64,000 nucleotides of DNA from Eledone cirrhosa (lineage: Eukaryota), in assembly GCA_964016885.1 (NCBI GenBank), contig OZ024741.1, forward strand, positions 31,434,001 through 31,498,000, read 5' to 3'. A model generated the notes under the pieces. That model ran no database searches and was not told the DNA's origin. It saw only the letters and a list, made by a program, of their open reading frames with translations. Positions 54,960 to 64,000 of this stretch are shown piece after piece; the first letter of the stretch is position 1; each line of letters opens with the position of its first letter. A program made the translations under genes and the position numbers.

Positions 54960-55262
54960 TTTCAGTGATTGCCATGGTCCCACTAGCCATCTCACCTCTC
55001 TTGTCTAAAGTATGTCTCAAGCCAGAAGGTTGGAGACCAGGCCAGTCCTTCTCCCGGTTTCATGGCATAAAGCGAGTGAGAGTACAAGACTCACCCTCTG
55101 GACAGGACGCCAGTCTATCGCAGGACTAAACCCCCGGCTATTGATTGTACTCATTTTCAGCTGAGTATACTGGAGCAATGTGAAATGAAGTGTTTTGCTC
55201 AAGAACACAACACGCAACACAGGCCAGGAATCGAATCCACGACATTATGATCGTTAGTCTAA
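54960..55262 (-). mobile_element. V-SINE-like tRNA SINE
   Basis: GGATTCGATTCC B box, GTGTTCTTGAGCAAAACACTT, GCGATAGACTGGCGTCCTGTCCAG (V-domain-like). Confidence 0.7.
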
Positions 55263-55302
55263 CATTTTTACGTTTCGGACAGAAGTCCTTCGTCAGGAAA
55301 GT
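55262..55302 (-). ncRNA. Minimal hammerhead motif
   Basis: tttc-CTGACGA-a ggac ttct gtcc-GAAA-cg-TA-aaaa; ACGT palindrome; 3' strand of stem I imperfect, abutting the SINE. Confidence 0.65.
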
Positions 55303-55927
55303 TCGGATACAGAGAGAACAGGTAGGTACATGAAAGTTGTTAAGTGAAAGTTTGAAAACCTGGACAAGATCCCTGACTTAATTGATCTCCGGAAGAGAAC
55401 ATCGTCTAATAATATAGTATAGAAGGCAGAAGTCCTATTCTCGCGGCCCAAATATTAAAGGGGGTGGGGGATAAGTGGGGTATGGGATTGGAATAAGCGG
55501 GTTTAGGAAAATTGGTAATTTTTCTAGGTTGTCTCCATTGATCTTTTTTTAAACAAAAGAATTAGTCGTTTAGTTTACATATTGAAACCCCAACCCATCC
55601 TATTTTATAACGTAATGTACTTTATGTCATATATGATGTGTTTTAATGTATAAAGCAAATTAAAATAAAATTTCGTCGGAGATAGATTAGCAAAACTTTA
55701 TAAGGGTGGAGTGGAATAAGAGGAAAAAATTTGAAATATTAATAAGTGGCGGAGGGATGATTATTCGAGGCACGGGAATATGTGTTAGAAATGTGATAAC
55801 ATCAACCACTTGAGGACTTAGTAACCTCTGATTAGGACGTAACGAGACTCCACGTATCGTTGTTTGGATCAAGCTCCATGTTTCTGGTTTTAATTTCTAA
55901 ACCTCTTATAGTAACATTATTACATTT

Positions 55928-56117
55928 GGGTGGATTGGCAGTATCGGTAGAGGGTCGGACGCCATGCTTTGAAGCATAGAGTTACGGCCCTTGCCATTCT
56001 GAGTTCAAATCCCGCCGAGGTTAACTTTGCCTTTCATCCTTACGGGGTCGATAAAATAAAGTACCAGTAATGTACTGGGTAATTTGCTGGCCTTGTGCCA
56101 AAAGTAGAAACAATTAT
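55928..56117 (+). mobile_element. tRNA SINE (first family) with TSD
   Basis: Family match; attattacatttg duplicated on both sides. Confidence 0.9.
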
Positions 56118-56159
56118 TACATTTGTCTAATACCATAATAATCTCAGGTTGACTCAATC

Positions 56160-56380
56160 GTCAAAATTGTCCACTGGTTTGTGGTAGAGCCTGTAACAGT
56201 GGAGACCCCCGGCGTTCTTGGCCCCCGGACCACATTCCTACTCAGTGTTGTTGGAGTGGAGTTGGTCGCTCTCAGGTGCGAGTCCCGTGGGATGGAGTGG
56301 CTGTTCCAGCGCGTCCCCCTCGCCTCCGAGACAATGTATTCTACATCCTGTCGGTCTGACCCACAGGTTGAGGGTAAGTT
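56160..56380 (+). mobile_element. CRE-like RLE retroelement 3' remnant
   Basis: PVTVETPGVLGP..FL..G..L...E.R..EWLFQRV.LA(V)RDNVF, similar to the CRE C-terminus P.AVET.G.WG...FQRLSIA..RGN. Confidence 0.65.
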
Positions 56381-57099
56381 AGTTGGAGGTGGTGGATACT
56401 CGTTCGGACGTCACTTTCTCTCTATTTCTTTATAAACTCTCTTCAAAGTTATCTCCCTTAAGAAATTTAAAAACTAAAATAATAATGTTTATTTCGTGGC
56501 TGATTTCAAGAAAAGATTTGGTAGAGGAGATCCGTAAATAGTTTGAAGTTATAAGTGTTAAGTCTACGTAGTGCAGTAGAGCTGACGAGTCCGAAAGAGG
56601 CTCCCGAAATATCAGGACCCTTACCAAAAAGCAGACCCAGTGATTACTGCATATCTCCATTCAATTTCTTATTCACTCTTCAAATTTGTGTCCCCACTCC
56701 TCTCTCTCACACACACAATAGGTACTTTTACTCATTTCCGAGATTCTCACACTATGAATTCTCTCTATTGATCTTTCCCGTTTCTCGCTCATAGTAATCC
56801 TCTCTGTCATTCTCCCCATGCCGTGCTCTTTAACCATCACTATGTATATTGAAAAGCATTACGTAACTGCTTCCTTTGTGATCGCTTATCGGAAAGATAA
56901 TGTGTTGTGAAAACGCGCCCCTTTCTTTTGTCCCCTTTAATTATTTTTCATTAGGAATATTCAGAGATGAAGCCCAGTAAAGTGGCCCAAATTAAAGAAG
57001 GGATAAATGAAAGCAATTCATACAAGATTCAATGAAACTGATGACGTGAATAATTGAGGTCAATGATACTAGCCTGGCATTTGGTTGAGGGATCTCCCG

Positions 57100-58570
57100 C
57101 AAATAACAACCAATTGGGGAGACCCTAAAGAGTCATAGCTTTCTCAGAATTATGCTGTAAATAGAGAACCAAAAAGGAATTATTAATATCAGTTAGAGAT
57201 GAAATGAGATCAAATTCGGTCCTGATGGGTTCCCAGCAATTCCGCTAAAAACATGAAACCATGCCTCAGATATACCACTGCAGATTCTCTTACAAAGTAT
57301 CATCACAAGTGGTAAATTATCCGGAAAGTTAAAGGAAGGCATATGTCATATCCATTAAGGGGGAAGTAAAGTAGATATAACATTATAAACCTGTCTATCT
57401 GACATCAGAACCCAGCAAAATCCTGGAACAAATTGTCAGAAGAAACTGATCACACTCCTAGAGGTAAATGGCTTGCTAACTAGCACTTAGCACGCCTTAT
57501 GTTCGGAAAGAAGCTGTCTTACACAACGTTTACTGCATTATGACTGGGTATTGTAACAACTATAAAACCGCTCAAAAGTGGATGAGATATATCTCGACTT
57601 TGAAATGCTCTTCAATAAGGTTGATCATGGAATGATATATCACAAACTACGTAATACGGATTATATGTCACAAACTACGTAATACGGATTATATGTCACA
57701 AACTACGTAATACGGATTATATGTCACAAACTACGTACGTGATCCCGGCATAGTTAGAAAACTAAGAGAGTGACCATATTACTTCTTAAATGACATAAGC
57801 AGGTTGTCGGATCCAATGGAGGCCTCGCAAAGAAGACAATAATAACGAGTGTTGTCCCTAGAAAAAAACTGTCGTAGGATCACTTCTGTTTGTGGTATCA
57901 TTCTCAGACATACACTCGGTAGTAGGGGAACCATCACTAACTCTACTGACAACAAGAATGAAGCACGAGCAATTAGGAATCTAGATGACGCTACTCTCTT
58001 CAAACGATATTTGGGTGCCATATACAAGTGGACCGGGGACAGCAATATACAGTTACTGGAAAAGGTCAAGCTCTCCGCTATCAACCCGCTAAAACAACTA
58101 CTCTACAACAACGTTATTCTGGATAAAGAAGGATTGAAAAGCATGAATCAAATAAGTGCAGTATTAGGAATTAATATAAGCAACGATGCATCGTTTCATG
58201 CGCATCACCGATGTAGAAGAAATGTTCAGACGACTGATGGGATGACTATGTAAGTCCTCTGAAGGATATTTGTCCTTAGGTATCAGGATGAATGCATCCG
58301 GCTCCAGTCACCCTACAGTGTCCTTTAAACTACAGAAGTTAAAGCAGTGTAATGAAGTGACACGAAGAATATTGCCATAGTGAAAAAGGTAAGCAACTGG
58401 GAGAGGCTGAAAGGATTAAACATCTACTGCATAGAGTGAAGATCAAATATATACGCAGTGATATACACACGGAAGTTCCTGGAATGGCTAGGACCAATCT
58501 TTGGGACTCAGAGCTGGACCAACCCCTGAACAGAACGTCACTGCATAGTGCAAAAAGTCCCATCATCCAC
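57100..58570 (+). mobile_element. Decayed CR1/Jockey-group LINE RT region with an internal 28-bp tandem repeat (57635-57737)
   Basis: GPDG, YKPVYLTS..SKILEQIV, DEIYLDF..FNKVDHG..HKL; many stops. Confidence 0.75.
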
Positions 58571-58658
58571 ATCTACAAACACACGTAAGCGCACATCCCC
58601 ATATAATCACAACCACATATATACTGTATATATACATATACATGCATACACACACACT

Positions 58659-58702
<44 letters not shown>

Positions 58703-58720
58703 CACACAAACACACACACA

Positions 58721-58848
<128 letters not shown>

Positions 58849-58850
58849 CT

Positions 58851-58896
<46 letters not shown>

Positions 58897-58904
58897 AATA
58901 TATA

Positions 58905-59083
58905 TAGGAAAAGGTATGACCCCGACGAAAGAGCTCAAGCCGTTTCTACGGCTATTTCTGGACAGAAACGGCTTGAGCTCTGTCGTCGGGGTCATACCTT
59001 TTCCTATTACCCACTCTACTACCCTAAGTATTGAGTACTCTGGTGCGTTATGATCTATCTGGTTCCTTACCACAATTCCTTCG

Positions 59084-59085
<2 letters not shown>
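58905..59085 (+). mobile_element. Short fold-back element in (TA)n with the 3' half of an HHR
   Basis: ~42-bp hairpin arms; GAAA-cgg cttgagct ctg-TC-gtcgggg; homologous to 2425-2545. Confidence 0.7.
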
Positions 59086-59126
<41 letters not shown>

Positions 59127-59395
59127 TATATGTGTGTGTATGTGTGTGTGTGTTTAAAAAAACCTATATAATAACTTCATTTCAGTAGTACATTATTAAT
59201 TTCACACCATTAAAGGGCATTAATACCCATAATTCCTTTTACCTTTGACCTTCTTCCCGTTTAACCTTAATCTGGTTTTACTTGATTCGACTACCCCAGA
59301 ACATTCTTGAATAAACTCTTCATGTACTTTCTACCAACAGTGACATAGAAACTGTGACGGACTGAGAAATAGTGAAAAAGTGTCAGATATGGAGA

Positions 59396-59433
<38 letters not shown>

Positions 59434-59488
59434 GAATATATATGTATATGTACATATATATGTATATGTAAGTATATATATATGTAAG

Positions 59489-59520
<32 letters not shown>

Positions 59521-59521
<1 letters not shown>

Positions 59522-60411
59522 GAATAAAGTTAGTCCTTCATCGGTGATCTTCCAACCATCATTGGTATTTCATCGCTTTAAAGACCATATACCTCCTGTT
59601 GGTGCGAGCAACGGCTAAAAAAAGTCATTGGGACACGTAAATAAAGGGGACATGAGAGTGTATACAAACAAAGATGGTGAAGCAACGAAAAGTGAGGAAG
59701 AACGAGTCAAGTCCCAAATTTCCATGAATATACGTTCGGTGAAATCGTGAACGAGAGAGAATAAAGACCATCAAACCTGGTTGGAATGTGAGCAAGGAAG
59801 GAATTCCACACAGGTCTAACGGGAGGAAGAAGGAATCTAGTCTGTGAATTCGGTGAACATAAGTTCTGTGAAATCGTAGACGAGAGAGAGAAAAAGGTGA
59901 ACCAGCGTGACCAAGCGTGCGAAAGAAAAGAATTACGCACAGGTCAAACGGGAAGAAGGAGGAGGAGGAGAGGTAGTAACAGAGAGTGAGTGAGTGAAGT
60001 GTGAGGAAGAGGCTAAGAGAGAGAGTGACTGTTAGAGTGGGTAAAGATACAGAGAAAGAGGAAGCAGTAAGAACGAAATAGACGGGTCATCGCGGGGGAA
60101 AAAAATATGTGTAAATATGAGAATAAACGTTCTGCGTGGTTGCAAATGGGTTACATATAAATAAAGTTAGTCCTTCCTCAGTGATCTTCCAATCATCATT
60201 AGTATTGCATCGCTTTAAAGACCATATACCTCCGGTTGGTGCGAGTCCCCTTTATTTACGTGTCCCAACGACTTTTTTTAGCCGTTGCTCGCACCAACCG
60301 GAGGTATATGGTCTTTAAAGCGATGAAATACCAATGATGGTTGGAAGATCACTGATGAAGGACTAACTTTATTCATATGTAACCCATTTGCAACCACGCA
60401 GCACGTTTATT

Positions 60412-60415
<4 letters not shown>
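59521..60415. mobile_element. Non-coding element with 637-bp direct repeat offset and inverted arm (60245-60415), in (TA)n
   Basis: 59523-59608 repeated at 60160-60245; right arm is the reverse complement; CTGATGA present but no complete HHR found. Confidence 0.7.
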
Positions 60416-60494
<79 letters not shown>

Positions 60495-61066
60495 AATCAG
60501 GAAAGAAGGTTGACATGGTTTGCTATACAAAAAAATGTTTTTAATCTCATAGCTGACAATTGTTTCTCTGAACTGGTAGGTCTAGAGATCGCTATTCGCT
60601 TGTTTTCACGTTACTCGATCGCCAATACAAAATTATAACCAGTCAGTTCTTCGGAGCATGCGAGAATGAAGAGAATACACAGGCAAGAAAAGAATATACA
60701 GGCTACTATATGAAGTAGTTATGGCATTCAGTTAGAACAATAACAACAATTACAACAATGCTATTAATAAATTATTTGAGGAGACCCTGACATTACTTAG
60801 GTGGGGAGGGGGGGGGGGTATAGTGTATCTAAGATTTCGGCGTGTAAAACTAGCTGACATGAAGCAGAAGTAAAAGTTTGGCATGTACAAAGTATCGTAG
60901 TGTGTATCAATTTTAAAGATAAGCCAGTGTTTACAGTCTTTCTTTTCATCTTCAATAACATACATGAGTGGGACAACACTGTCAAAGCTAAATAGTGGGC
61001 GAGTTAATACAGAGGTTAAGGAGGTAATTTACACATATATTTATACACACACATACACACACATAT

Positions 61067-61138
<72 letters not shown>

Positions 61139-63832
61139 GCATGTGTACATAGACACATACATACACATCAATATACACTCGTACAAAAATTTACATACAT
61201 GCAAAGAGATAGGCGTGCTAATTGTAATTATGGCAAAAGGAAGGTAAAGTTACATTGTAGTAGTGATTTGAGAAAAACTTGGATTTAGGATCAAATGATG
61301 GCAGCAGCTGAGGAGGAATAAGTTTGTGGGTTGATGAGGTACTTACAGACATTTGTGTGGTATAGACTTGTGAAGGCTAGAGTGTACTTAATGAGTATAT
61401 TTCTGTGGGTAGTGGGTATCCTAATTTAAAGCTATGTTGTGTTGGTTCGATTCACGGAGGTTTGAATCTTATGAATTTAGTGGCAATTCTATGTCTGCAG
61501 AAGATAGATCCTTCTAACTTATTGTTAAGTAGCCTTTTTACATTTTTGAGGATATACATTAGTTCAAGATCACATAGCCCGCAGTGGGACATACCTGTAC
61601 TATAGGTTTTAGCAGCCGACAACTTCGACCAGTTAATACTGTAGTTAGTGCTGCTGTTCTTCAGTTCCCATATTTTTTTGGCGAGGGTTGTGGAACCTAT
61701 AAGTGCACGGTTTTTCATTGAGTGCCTGTGCACATACCACCCTTTTTTTTAAAAGAACCCGCGGTCGATCCTATGTAATTCCAGGTGGAGTTATCCGAGA
61801 TGACCGTGCACATGTATACTAGGCTCGAATCGAGACATCTGTTCGCCAATGGGCACCTATCTGGTAGGTGACAGTTACAGTTTGAGGCGCTATTTTGTGC
61901 AGCTTTTACATTCCTGTTTAGTACTCTGTTATAAGTGGGTTGTGATATATTCCCAATGGGGTTTTGCTGCTGCGCGTTTGTATGCGCTTGCGGTTGTTAT
62001 GTTGTGATGTGTTTATGCTTATAATTTGGTGCTACGTTATGTATAGGTGCGGTTGATTTACTAGAGATATTTCTGTGGTTGATCTTGCGTATGTGTGATT
62101 CTATATTTGCTGTTGTCGAGTATGAGAGTTTTATAGTAAATCTATTGAGTATTTTGTGATATCTATGTGAGATAGGGAAGTGTTTATCTATTAGTTTAAA
62201 GAATGTAGAGGGCAGTCTAGTTTTTATAGAGGAGTTGAAGATTGGGTTGAACCATAGGTTTTTTTCTTTGTCTGTTTCTTCTATTGTTTCTATGGTTTAC
62301 GTTATTAGTGTTTTGACCGTTTACTCCAAGTGTTACGTGTCTAACCCTAGTTCTAGTCAAGTTATTTCTATTATAATGTGAGCGGTTGGTGTAGTAATTA
62401 CTAGGATTGTTTACGTTGTCTTTATTCACTATATACTGCAGTTTATCTTTATGACCGGCCCTACGTAATGCTGCATTATAATAGACAGCATGCTCGTTAA
62501 AGATTTCTAGGTTTGAGGATAAGCGGGATGTTCGGAGGGATATACTACGTGCTATGGATCTAATTATAGATTTGGGGGGGGGGGGTTTGAGTTGTAACTA
62601 ATGTAGGCAAGATTTTCATTATTTTTGTGGAAAGGTTCTATTAATCCCGTATTTAGATTTAGAGTCACATCTAGAAAGTTTACCTTCTTATGGTTCAGTT
62701 CGTAGGTAATACTTAGGCCTAGTTTTTTTAAGAATATTCTAATATTTTTTCTTAGTCCTTCCATGCTCTGGTTGTTTAGGTTCCTAGCTATAAGTAGCGT
62801 GTCGTCCCTATAAATTCCTCCTTGGAGGTTATTGAATTCCTTATGTAGGTTGTGTGCTATGAATAGCCCCACGATATCTGTGATTTGCGCAGAATCGTTT
62901 GATCCCATTGTTATATCGAAGCTATTTATCCTATCCTTTCTTACCCAGTAGCTATTTTCAAATTTTATGATAGTCCTTCTAGCCGCTATTATTATTTCAA
63001 TTTCATCATGGGTAAGATCAGAGTTATTTTGGGCAAATATAAGCGCCTTATCTAGGGTAGCTGGGGATATGGATGCATAGTAGTCGTCTATATCAAATTG
63101 TATGAAGTTACACGTCTCCCTATTTTGTATTTTATTGAACCATTTAATTGCCTCGTTAGTGTTGCCCCATAAATTGATTTCTAGTTTACCCTTTATTTGT
63201 GCGATTACCCTATCTAGAATGTTCTTGCTAATTTTACCTATGTCTGACTTGGATGGGCATATTAATCTAATAGTTTCAAAATTATTTTTGTGATCCTTCA
63301 GGTTAAATGTTGGGTTGCACGGGGTTAGCGGTTCGGTCCTATCGGGAATTCCGAGTTTATTAACTATCTTGAGGCCCTCCACGTTAATGCTGGTGAGTGT
63401 AGATTTATTTGTTTTTTTAATATTTTTTATGTAGTTCACGCTGGATAAAGCTATTGTATGTGTTAATGTCCATAGAGTATACGTTTGATGTTTTGTCTGC
63501 TTTTACTATGATACCGTTAGTGTCTTTTAGTTTTTTTAGTAGTGTATTTAAGTCATTTTGTAATTTGTTGTGATTTGTTCCTTTTTTAAATTTAGTTTCA
63601 CTTATCATGTTCATAAGGTCCAGCTCGAAGGCATCGAGTGCGGGGTTGTTTGGCGGGTTTTTGCAGGATTTAAACCCGTAATTCTCCTTAGAAAATTCCT
63701 TTGCGTTGGTATTCGGTCCCTTATCGAAATGGTAAGCTTCCCATCGGACCCTGCGGATGAAATCATTAGTCCGTCGTATCATAACTGGACTATACCTAAG
63801 TGGACTGCATTTAACTATTATTTGTTACCCCG
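60495..63832 (-). mobile_element. Near full-length Hydra-like Penelope element (YRDD RT + GIY-YIG) with 3' HHR
   Basis: FIRRVRW, KADKTSNVY, LKDHK, FIQFDIDDYYASI, FDITMGSNDSAQITDIVGL, YRDD, WFNP, CNC..CP, YIGST, CGLCDLE; (TA)n at both ends. Confidence 0.93.
60548..60660 (-). ncRNA. Hammerhead (CCGAAGA core) with extended ~80-nt stem II
   Basis: catgct-CCGAAGA-a ctga ctggt...accag t tcag a-GAAA-c aatt g-TC-agc tatg. Confidence 0.7.
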
Positions 63833-63857
63833 TATATATATATATATATATATATAT

Positions 63858-63917
<60 letters not shown>

Positions 63918-64000
63918 TATGTATGTGTGGGAATGCGGTAATTAGAGATCGAGAAGGTAGGATATATATATATATTTACATGTAGTGTAAAGCCTTCGGG

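Noticed and set aside
56577-56620. CTGACGAGTCCGAAAG hammerhead-like word
   Set aside because: Could not assemble stems I-III and an NUH site consistently

Overview
Eukaryotic, AT-rich, gene-poor, repeat-dense DNA. The (TA)n/(CA)n load and the tRNA-derived SINE types suggest a coleoid cephalopod such as an octopus (inference). I can support no host protein-coding gene; almost all track ORFs are microsatellite read-throughs or retroelement remnants. Contents: (i) at least five Penelope-like elements (PLEs) or fragments encoding RT and/or GIY-YIG; (ii) 3' fragments of Tx1/L1, R4/Dong-type, CRE-like, RTE-like and CR1-like LINEs; (iii) about 13 copies of one tRNA SINE plus V-SINE-like copies; (iv) a non-coding LTR element with a tRNA-Trp-type PBS; (v) a 9.8-kb 29-bp minisatellite with a 3,717-bp internal duplication and other tandem repeats. 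The main signal is a dense set of about 20 type I hammerhead ribozyme (HHR) motifs. Many lie in short, non-coding, fold-back elements that sit in (TA)n tracts (non-autonomous PLE / retrozyme-like). They include a four-copy family with covarying stem II and a TATATA stem III, a recurrent CCGAAGA core variant, and HHRs with 80-90-nt stem II inserts. A 30-bp GC-rich minisatellite can be traced to tandem amplification of a CRE-like LINE 3' end. All motifs were found by eye; coordinates may be off by a few bases.
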